Origin: Candidatus Velamenicoccus archaeovorus
GTDB taxonomy: Bacteria; Omnitrophota; Gorgyraeia; Velamenicoccales; Velamenicoccaceae
Assembly: GCF_004102945.1 (NCBI RefSeq)
Contig: NZ_CP019384.1
Location: 1,530,001-1,562,000 of the forward strand
DNA length: 32,000 bases
Reading direction: 5' to 3'
Position numbers and translations under genes: made by a program. The stretch's first letter is position 1, and each line of letters begins with the position of its first letter. The notes beneath the pieces were generated by a model. That model searched no databases and was not told the origin of the DNA. It worked only from the letters and a program-made list of their open reading frames with translations. Of the stretch, positions 8,675 through 15,675 are shown one piece after another.

Positions 8675-9732
8675 AGCAAAGCTCCTAATTTTTGGACGGC
8701 ATTCTTGATCGTTGAAAAACAATCCGCATAAAACCCTTCGGACTTGCCGATAGGATCCTCTATCTCCGCCTCGAAAGGTTCCAGACCGATATACTCGCCC
8801 AAAAGATGGATCCTTCCGGCCTCGGAAGGAAACTGCCTCATGAGCTCCTCCTGGTGCCGGCGCTCCATGGTCAGGATGATATCGGACTGACGCACCAGCT
8901 CGTCGGTAACGCGCCGAGCCCTGTGTTCGGAGGCATCGAGGCCGATGCCGTGGATCAGTTTGGCCGTCTCGTGCGTCGGCAACATCCCCAAGAACGCAAA
9001 CGTCCCCGCAGAGATGACATCCACGTCCTTGCGGCCGTGGTCAACAAGATACTTCTTCAAAAGATATTCGGCCATCACCGACCGGCAGGAATTCCCCGTG
9101 CAGACAAAAAGCACCGTTTTCTTGGAAGCCTCCTGCAGGACAGCGTCTGCCGGCAGGATCCCCTCCCGCAAGATCGCGGCAGGAAGCCTGCAAAGATCTG
9201 CAACCGTCGATTCACGGCCTAGTTCGGTCGTGCCGCCGTCCAGGACAAGATCGACCAGGCCCTCCAGGCCGGCCAAAACACCTGCGGCATCACGGGGGGC
9301 CGGCTGGCCCGCCCTGTTTGCCGACGGAGCAACAACAGGAAAATCCACGCTGCCCAACAAAGCCAGCGCAATGGCATTCTTCGGCATCCTCAGACCCACG
9401 GTCTTATCATGCGGGGCGCACAAAACAAGGGTCAGCGGCCCAGGCCAAAAACGCACCATCAGCTTGCAGGCCCGCGGTGAAACATCGACAGCATACTTCT
9501 CAACATCGTTCCTGTCGGATATATGGATGGTGAATGGTTTATCCTGAGGCCGCTCCTTGATTTTTTTAAGCCTTCCCATCGCCCCTTTATGCAGAAGGTT
9601 GGCCCCGATGCCGTAAACCGTCTCTGTCGGGAAAACGACAAGACCGCCCCTCTCGAGGACGGCAGCCGCCTCCTGGATCACGAGGGGCTCGATGTGAAGC
9701 GGATCGATTTTGCAAACTTTAGTGTTCGTCAA
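8671..9732 (-). CDS. fusion protein: L-threonylcarbamoyladenylate synthase (TsaC/YwlC) + low-molecular-weight protein phosphatase (YwlE/LMW-PTP type)
   Basis: 353 aa. The N-terminal ~200 aa carry GGLVVFPTETVYGIGANLL...SANRAGQP (YrdC/TsaC fold). The C-terminal ~150 aa carry VLFVCTGNSCRSVMAEYL (the CX5R(S/T) P-loop of LMW phosphatases) and a DPIG motif. The start is TTG 9732, overlapping the purE stop as TTGA. Confidence 0.8.
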   Translation of the reverse strand: MTNTKVCKIDPLHIEPLVIQEAAAVLERGGLVVFPTETVYGIGANLLHKGAMGRLKKIKERPQDKPFTIHISDRNDVEKYAVDVSPRACKLMVRFWPGPLTLVLCAPHDKTVGLRMPKNAIALALLGSVDFPVVAPSANRAGQPAPRDAAGVLAGLEGLVDLVLDGGTTELGRESTVADLCRLPAAILREGILPADAVLQEASKKTVLFVCTGNSCRSVMAEYLLKKYLVDHGRKDVDVISAGTFAFLGMLPTHETAKLIHGIGLDASEHRARRVTDELVRQSDIILTMERRHQEELMRQFPSEAGRIHLLGEYIGLEPFEAEIEDPIGKSEGFYADCFSTIKNAVQKLGALL

Positions 9733-10217
9733 ACGCTCAACCTCGTTGCCTTGACGGCCTGCGCCTGTTTCTTGCGGAAACGTTTCAGCCGTCCCGATGC
9801 CGTCTTGGATGCCTGGCTCAAGAGCGCCACGGCAAAAAGAGCGGCATTTTTGGCGCCGGACTTTCCTATGGCGAATGTCGCGACGGGGATCCCCGCCGGC
9901 ATCTGCACGATGGACAGAAGCGAATCCAGCCCTTTCAAACTTTTTGTCTCGATGGGAACGCCCAAAACAGGCACCGCCGTCAAGGACGCGATAACGCCCG
10001 GAAGCGCGGCCGCGCCGCCCGCACCCGCGATAAACGCCTTGACGCCCAAGTGGTCCATCGCCACAACAAAGGCTTCCAGTTCCTTGGGGGTACGGTGCGC
10101 CGAAAGCACCTTGGCCATGATGGGAACACGAAATTCTTTCAGGATATCGATAGCGCCCTGCATTGTTTCCAGATCAGAAACGCTGCCCATGACGATCGCA
10201 ACTTCAGGCTTCTTCAT
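9729..10217 (-). CDS. purE: 5-(carboxyamino)imidazole ribonucleotide mutase
   Basis: 162 aa. VAIVMGSVSDLETM...SAHRTP...AGGAAALPGVIAS.T..PVLGVP. Confidence 0.93.
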   Translation of the reverse strand: MKKPEVAIVMGSVSDLETMQGAIDILKEFRVPIMAKVLSAHRTPKELEAFVVAMDHLGVKAFIAGAGGAAALPGVIASLTAVPVLGVPIETKSLKGLDSLLSIVQMPAGIPVATFAIGKSGAKNAALFAVALLSQASKTASGRLKRFRKKQAQAVKATRLSV

Positions 10218-10233
10218 ATATACCCCTTATTTA

Positions 10234-10268
10234 AGTAATCAGTAGACAGTAGTCGGTAGTCGGTAAAA
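10234..10268. repeat. 5 x 7-nt degenerate tandem repeat filling the purD-purE spacer
   Basis: AGTAATC AGTAGAC AGTAGTC GGTAGTC GGTAAAA on the plus strand. The minus-strand RNA sense reads UUUUACC GACUACC GACUACU GUCUACU GAUUACU, directly upstream of the purE SD AAGGGG. Confidence 0.6.
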
Positions 10269-11552
10269 TCAGCCTGTCTGCTTTTTCTCCAGCGCCCGCC
10301 AGCCGATATCCGTGCGGTAATGTGCGCCTTCGAAGCGGATCTTGCCGACGGCTTCATAGGTATGCGCGATGGCTTCCTTGAGCGTACTCCCGAGGCCGGT
10401 CACGCCCAGGACGCGGCCGCCGCTGGTGACGATCCGGCCGCCGTCTTCTTTGGTCCCGGCATGAAAAACAACGATATCCTGCATGCGGGCCGCCTCGCCT
10501 AAACCGCTGATCGCCTTGCCCGTCTCATAAGACCCTGGATATCCCTTGGAGGCCATGACCACGCAAACAGACGGACGCCTCTCCCAGCGCAACAAGGGGA
10601 TTTCTTGCCCGCCGTCGACGGACCAGAGGACCGCTTCGATAATATCCGACTGCAACCGCGCCAGGACGGCCTGTGTCTCAGGGTCTCCGAACCGCACGTT
10701 GAACTCCAGGACCTTCAGACCCTTCGCCGTCATCATGAGGCCGGCGTAAAGAATGCCCGTATAAGGCATGCCTTCCTTGGCCATGCCATAGATCACCGGC
10801 TTGACCACAGTTTTCATGATCTCATCCATCACGCCCGGGGTCACGATCGGCGCCGGCGAATAAGCCCCCATGCCTCCGGTATTAGGACCCTGGTCGTGGT
10901 CAAAAACCCTTTTATGGTCTTGCGACGACGCCAGGGGCACCGCGTCTTCGCCGTCCGTCAACACCAGGATGGAAACTTCTTCACCCTGTAGGAATTCTTC
11001 GACGACGATGGTCTCGCCCGAGGCGCCGAAAATCTTCTTGACCAGCATCTCGTCTGCGGTTGCAGCCGCCTCTTCCCCAGACCGGCAGATCACAACCCCC
11101 TTGCCTGCCGCCAGGCCGTCGGCCTTCAGGACGACGGGGAATCCGAAACGGCCTGCAGCCGAGACGACCTCCGCGGCCGTGCGGCAGACGGCGAACGCGG
11201 CCGTCGGGACGCGATACTTCGCCATGATCTCCTTGGCAAAGAGCTTGCTCGCCTCAAGACGCGCCGGGCGGCGGCGCGGCCCGAAAACCTTCAGCCCCGC
11301 ATCCTGGAACACATCCACAATGCCATCCACAAGGGGCGCTTCAGGACCGACCACGACGAGGTCGACAAGGCGGCTCTGCGCAAAATCCAGAAGCCCGGCA
11401 ATATCGTCGGCCTTGATCGCCACGCACTCGGCAAGGCCGGCGATGCCGCCGTTGCCCGGCGCGCAATAGATCTTGCTGACGTGACGCGACTGCGTGATCT
11501 TCCATACCAGGGCGTGTTCCCTGCCGCCGGATCCAACCACAAGAACCTTCAC
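10269..11552 (-). CDS. purD: phosphoribosylamine-glycine ligase
   Basis: (V/M)KVLVVGSGGREHALVWK begins at GTG 11552, preceded by AGGAGG (11562->11557). The remainder is a typical ATP-grasp PurD. The track's 482-aa version adds 55 low-complexity residues and overlaps purM by 113 nt. Confidence 0.9.
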   Translation of the reverse strand: MKVLVVGSGGREHALVWKITQSRHVSKIYCAPGNGGIAGLAECVAIKADDIAGLLDFAQSRLVDLVVVGPEAPLVDGIVDVFQDAGLKVFGPRRRPARLEASKLFAKEIMAKYRVPTAAFAVCRTAAEVVSAAGRFGFPVVLKADGLAAGKGVVICRSGEEAAATADEMLVKKIFGASGETIVVEEFLQGEEVSILVLTDGEDAVPLASSQDHKRVFDHDQGPNTGGMGAYSPAPIVTPGVMDEIMKTVVKPVIYGMAKEGMPYTGILYAGLMMTAKGLKVLEFNVRFGDPETQAVLARLQSDIIEAVLWSVDGGQEIPLLRWERRPSVCVVMASKGYPGSYETGKAISGLGEAARMQDIVVFHAGTKEDGGRIVTSGGRVLGVTGLGSTLKEAIAHTYEAVGKIRFEGAHYRTDIGWRALEKKQTG

Positions 11553-11604
11553 ACGACCTCCTGCCCGTGCCCAGCCTTCCCCCGCGGCGAAAATGGCACG
11601 ACCA

Positions 11605-12615
11605 TCACACAACGGCGACGCCGCCGACGCCGCTGACGATCTCGCCGATGATGGCGGCTTTGACGCCATGCCTGGAAAATGCCCGCACGATATCCATTTT
11701 GACCGCGTCCCGCACAACAGCGATCATGCCGATACCCATATTGAACGTCCGGAACATCTCTTTCTCGTCGATCTTACCCAAATGCTGCAATTCTTCAAAG
11801 ATCGGAGAACGCACCCAGGCGTTCTTGTAAATGATCATCGTCATCTTGGAAGGCACGGCCCGGCCGGCCTTGTCATAAAACGCGCCGCCGGTGATATGGG
11901 CCAGGGCCTTGATGTTGCAGGACGAAGAATTAAAAGCTTTCAAGACGGACAAAACCGGCTTGACATAGATACGCGTGGGCTTGAGGAATTCCTGCGCGCG
12001 CGCGCGCAATTCCAGGGGCGTGAAGGCTTTGCGCACGAGCGAAAAACCGTTGGAATGCAACCCGGAAGACTCCAGGCCGATCACGGCATCCCCCAGGACG
12101 ACGCGCGGGCTGCCGAGAATATTCTTCCTCTCGACGATACCGACACAAAATCCAGCGAGGTCATAATCTCCCGACTTATACATCCCCGGCATCTCCGCAG
12201 TCTCGCCGCCCACAAGGGCGCAATGGGCCTGACGGCACCCCTCGGCGATACCGCGCACGACGTCTTTCAGGACACCGGGCTCGATCTTGCCCGTCGCAAT
12301 ATAATCCAGAAAAAACAAGGGTTCCGCCCCGCTGCACAAAACGTCATTGACACTCATGGCTACCAGGTCGATACCGACGGTATGATGGATCCGGGCGGCG
12401 ATGGCGATCTTAAGCTTCGTGCCGACGCCGTCGCAGGAAGAGACAAGCACGGGATCCTTGTATTTGGTCTTCGCCAAATCAAAAAACGCCCCGAACCCGC
12501 CGATCCCCCCCATGACCTCCCGCCGCTGGCTTTTTTGGACCAACCCCTTGATGCCATCCACAAAAAGGTTGGCCTTATCGATATCCACACCCGCTCGTTT
12601 ATAATTCAGGCTCAT
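11605..12615 (-). CDS. purM: phosphoribosylformylglycinamidine cyclo-ligase (AIR synthetase)
   Basis: 336 aa. YKRAGVDIDKAN..., GGFGAFF, DGVGTKLK and GGETAEMPG. Confidence 0.95.
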   Translation of the reverse strand: MSLNYKRAGVDIDKANLFVDGIKGLVQKSQRREVMGGIGGFGAFFDLAKTKYKDPVLVSSCDGVGTKLKIAIAARIHHTVGIDLVAMSVNDVLCSGAEPLFFLDYIATGKIEPGVLKDVVRGIAEGCRQAHCALVGGETAEMPGMYKSGDYDLAGFCVGIVERKNILGSPRVVLGDAVIGLESSGLHSNGFSLVRKAFTPLELRARAQEFLKPTRIYVKPVLSVLKAFNSSSCNIKALAHITGGAFYDKAGRAVPSKMTMIIYKNAWVRSPIFEELQHLGKIDEKEMFRTFNMGIGMIAVVRDAVKMDIVRAFSRHGVKAAIIGEIVSGVGGVAVV

Positions 12616-12618
12616 GTC

Positions 12619-14046
12619 TCATCCTTCTTTTATTTCGATACGCTGGCATACGCATTTTTTTTCCAAGACATTCTTGAGGGTGCCGGCCCCCTTGAAAGGA
12701 TATTTTCCAACCCAGCAAGAGACACAGTATTTGTGCGCCGGCATCTTGACGGCGGAAAGCATCCCTTCCAGGCTCAGATAACCCAGGCTGTCAACCCCGA
12801 GGTAGTCGCGAATCTCATTCACCGAATAGCGGTTGGCGATCAACTCGTCCGGCGAAGGAAAGTCGATACCGTAGAAGCATGGAAAACGGTGCGGCGGACA
12901 GGAAATGCGCATGTGCACTTCTCGCGCGCCTGCGGCCCGGAAATTCTTGACGCGGATGCGCGAAGTCGTGCCGCGCACGATGGAATCGTCGACAATGACG
13001 ACTTTTTTTCCGGCGACCACCTCGCGCAGGATGTTGATCTTGACTTTGACGCCGAGGTCGCGGATCTTCTGGTGCGGCTGAATGAACGTGCGCCCGACAT
13101 AATGGTTCCTGATCGCCCCCCATTCCAGAGGGATCCCCGAGGCATGGCTGAAACCGAGAGCGGCGGACGTGCCGGAATCAGGGATGGGAATGACGTAATC
13201 AGCGTCGACCGGATGCTCTTTGGCGAGGGTCTCACCCAATTTCTGACGCACCAGATGCACGGTCTCTCCGAAAATAATGGAATCGGGCCTGGCAAAATAG
13301 ATATGTTCAAAGATACAGCAGGAATTCCTCTTCGCCCGGGCGGCAAATCTCGCCGATGTCAAGCCCTTGTCGGTGATGACGACGATCTCACCGGGTTCCA
13401 CCTCCCGCACGAACTTCGCCTCGATCAGGTCGAAGGCGCACGTCTCGGAGGCCAAACACCAGCTCTCGCCCTTTTTGCCCAGACACAGCGGCCGAAAACC
13501 TTCGGGGTCCCGCACGCCGATCAGCTCTTTTTCCGTCAGGAGCACCAGGGAATAGGCGCCCTTGATCTTCTTCAGGGCGCTCTTGAGCTTGGTGACGACG
13601 TTACGCGAAGAGGAACGGGCCATGAGATGAACGATGACCTCGCTGTCACATGTCGTCTGAAAGATCGACCCGGTCCGCTCCAATTCCTTGCGCAAAGAAG
13701 AGCTATTGACAAGATTGCCGTTATGCGCCACGGCCAGCGAATTACCCAGATAATCCACGAACAACGGCTGGGCATTCTTAACGAGACTGGAACCGGTCGT
13801 GGAATAACGCACATGGCCGATCCCCCTGTCGCCTTTCAATAAACGCAGATTCTCGTCGTTGAAGACGTCGGATACCAACCCCATGTCCTTATGGATGCTG
13901 AGCTCCTCACCGTCGCTGGTCACGATCCCGCAGGACTCTTCTCCCCGGTGCTGAAGGGCGTAGAGTCCCAGATAAATCAGGTAGCTGGCATTAGGAACGC
14001 CAAAGACACCGAAAAGACCGCAGTAATGCTTAGGATGATCGTTCAT
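12619..14046 (-). CDS. purF: amidophosphoribosyltransferase ([4Fe-4S]-type, short propeptide)
   Basis: 475 aa. MNDHPKHY|CGLFGVFG (Ntn Cys after an 8-aa leader), RGEESCGI, DSGTSAA, VVIVDDSIVRGTT, and Cys ligands CPPHRFPCFYGID...YCVSC. Confidence 0.95.
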   Translation of the reverse strand: MNDHPKHYCGLFGVFGVPNASYLIYLGLYALQHRGEESCGIVTSDGEELSIHKDMGLVSDVFNDENLRLLKGDRGIGHVRYSTTGSSLVKNAQPLFVDYLGNSLAVAHNGNLVNSSSLRKELERTGSIFQTTCDSEVIVHLMARSSSRNVVTKLKSALKKIKGAYSLVLLTEKELIGVRDPEGFRPLCLGKKGESWCLASETCAFDLIEAKFVREVEPGEIVVITDKGLTSARFAARAKRNSCCIFEHIYFARPDSIIFGETVHLVRQKLGETLAKEHPVDADYVIPIPDSGTSAALGFSHASGIPLEWGAIRNHYVGRTFIQPHQKIRDLGVKVKINILREVVAGKKVVIVDDSIVRGTTSRIRVKNFRAAGAREVHMRISCPPHRFPCFYGIDFPSPDELIANRYSVNEIRDYLGVDSLGYLSLEGMLSAVKMPAHKYCVSCWVGKYPFKGAGTLKNVLEKKCVCQRIEIKEG

Positions 14047-14055
14047 GGCAGGCCG

Positions 14056-14829
14056 TCATTTGAAATAATTAACTGCGTTCAAAAATATCTGGAACCCGTC
14101 GCCGTGCCTCTTGGTGCCCAGACGCGTCCATCGTGGATGCTGCAGACTGATAAGGTGCCTTTCCGGATGGGGCATGAGACCGAAGACACGGCCTGTTTCG
14201 TCGCAGATGCCGGCGATGGCATCGATGGAACCGTTGGGATTGACGGGATAATCTCCTGTCTTCCCCTTATCGTCGCCATAGCGAAAGACGACCTGACGAT
14301 TCTCCCGCAGGCGCGTCAAAATCTCTTCGCTCTTGGGGATGAACTTTCCTTCACCGTGCGCGATCGGCAGATAGATGACCTCTGGACACCCCCGTGTCCA
14401 GACACACCGGCTCTCCTCAACCTTCAAATGCACCCACTTATCCTGAAAAACACCGCAATCATTGGGGGCGAGGGTCGCTTCCTGGGCGCATGCCGCATGA
14501 CCCGGCAGCAGTCCGGCCTTGACCAGGACCTGAAAGCCGTTGCAGATACCGATGATCAGGCGCTCCCTTTGGATGAAAGCGCGCAGGTCATCAAACAGTT
14601 TATATTTTAACTCGTTTGCCAGGATCTTGCCAGCAGATATGTCGTCGCCGTAGGAAAAACCGCCTGAGATCGCCAGGATCTGAAAATCGGCCAGGCGGCG
14701 TTCGCCGCGGGCCAGTTCGTTGATGTGCACCGCTTCCGGCGCCGCGCCGGCGGTCTCAAAGGCAAAGGCCGTCTCCAGATCGCAGTTCGTGCCGGCTGTC
14801 TTGAGGATCAAAACTTTAGGTTTAACCAT
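14056..14829 (-). CDS. purQ: phosphoribosylformylglycinamidine synthase, glutaminase subunit (long PurQ form)
   Basis: KVLILKTAGTNCDLE, GICNGFQVL (nucleophile Cys) and MPHPER. The track start 14841 is a TTG. ATG 14829 (MVKPKVLIL) matches usual PurQ N-termini. The start is uncertain by 12 nt. Confidence 0.85.
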   Translation of the reverse strand: MVKPKVLILKTAGTNCDLETAFAFETAGAAPEAVHINELARGERRLADFQILAISGGFSYGDDISAGKILANELKYKLFDDLRAFIQRERLIIGICNGFQVLVKAGLLPGHAACAQEATLAPNDCGVFQDKWVHLKVEESRCVWTRGCPEVIYLPIAHGEGKFIPKSEEILTRLRENRQVVFRYGDDKGKTGDYPVNPNGSIDAIAGICDETGRVFGLMPHPERHLISLQHPRWTRLGTKRHGDGFQIFLNAVNYFK

Positions 14830-14841
14830 AATAGGAGCCAA

Positions 14842-14978
14842 TCACCAATAACCAGGATACAATCATCAAAAAAATTCCAAACACCAATAACCAATCTTCC
14901 AAAAGCCATCTCTTTGATTATTGAAATTTGGTTATTGGTCATTGTTTGATTATTGTAGCTTGGAAGTTGGTTATTATG
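14842..14978 (-). promoter_or_regulatory. AT-rich structured spacer upstream of purQ with four CCAATAACCA-type boxes (candidate attenuator)
   Basis: Direct copies are CACCAATAACCAgg 14843-14856 and CACCAATAACCAat 14882-14895. Inverted copies are TTGGTTATTGGT 14928-14939 and TTGGTTATTA 14967-14976. A T7 run on the minus strand (14877->14871) follows one alternative hairpin. Confidence 0.45.
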
Positions 14979-15671
14979 TTACAGTCTGTGATAAAACTTG
15001 TTGATGATATGGACCACATCTTCGGGTTTGTCGACCAGGGAAAAAAGGCTCAGGTCGCTCTCGCCAATGCAGCCGCGGCGCAGCATCACGGACATGATCC
15101 AATGCAGTAATCCCCGCCAGTAGCGCCCGCCGACCAAAATGACGGGAAACTGCGGGATGCGCCCCGTCTGGATGAGGTTCACGGACTCAAACAACTCGTC
15201 CATGGTCCCGTATCCTCCCGGAAAGATGACGAATGCCTTGGCGTAACGCACGAACATCACCTTGCGCACAAAGAAATAATGGAACTCCAAAAGCGTATTG
15301 ATATAAGGATTGGCCTTTTGTTCCGTCGGAATATAGATATTGAGGCCGATGGAGGCGCTGCCGGCGCGCGAGGCGCCCTTATTGGCAGCCTCCATGATGC
15401 TGGGGCCCCCGCCGGAAATAATCTCATAGCCCGCCCTGCCCAACAGATACGCCGTCTTCTCCGCAAGCTTATAGTATTCATCCTTCGGCGTCAATCGCGA
15501 AGACCCAAAGATCGAAACCGCATTCCTGAATTTTGAAAGGGCGCGAAAACCCCTGTCAAACTCTTTAGCAATGCGCTGCACCCGCGCGCGATCGCCTTCC
15601 TCGAATTCATCGATCCGCATATGGAAATTGATGGCCTCTGTTTTTGATCTATGTTTTCCTGTCTTGTTCAT
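14979..15671 (-). CDS. LOG / TIGR00730-family nucleotide 5'-monophosphate nucleosidase-like protein
   Basis: 230 aa. SIFGSSR, GGGPSIMEAANKGA and the LOG signature PGGYGTMDELFE. It starts 4 nt after the purL stop. Confidence 0.85.
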   Translation of the reverse strand: MNKTGKHRSKTEAINFHMRIDEFEEGDRARVQRIAKEFDRGFRALSKFRNAVSIFGSSRLTPKDEYYKLAEKTAYLLGRAGYEIISGGGPSIMEAANKGASRAGSASIGLNIYIPTEQKANPYINTLLEFHYFFVRKVMFVRYAKAFVIFPGGYGTMDELFESVNLIQTGRIPQFPVILVGGRYWRGLLHWIMSVMLRRGCIGESDLSLFSLVDKPEDVVHIINKFYHRL

Positions 15672-15675
15672 GGGA

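Noticed and set aside
11553-11717. Long N-terminal extensions in track ORFs: purD 482 aa, ldhA 385 aa (23841-23948), gcvPA 478 aa (27541-27636), rpiB 170 aa (8675-8722) and purQ TTG 14841.
   Set aside because: The extensions overlap the upstream gene or its stop, are low-complexity and non-homologous to the family N-termini. Each has a better internal start (conserved N-terminus, SD, or ATGA/TGATG coupling).
11494-13842. A 782-aa ORF on the plus strand. Similar long ORFs are 17032..18255 (+), 15571..16473 (+), 7434..8174 (+), 27613..28941 (-), 9523..10245 (+) and 25314..25892 (+).
   Set aside because: All lie antisense to genes with unmistakable family motifs (purM/purF, purL, glyA, gcvPA, purE, thyX). 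Their translations are Arg/Gly/Asp/His-rich low-complexity sequence without motifs. They are typical shadow ORFs of GC-rich coding DNA.
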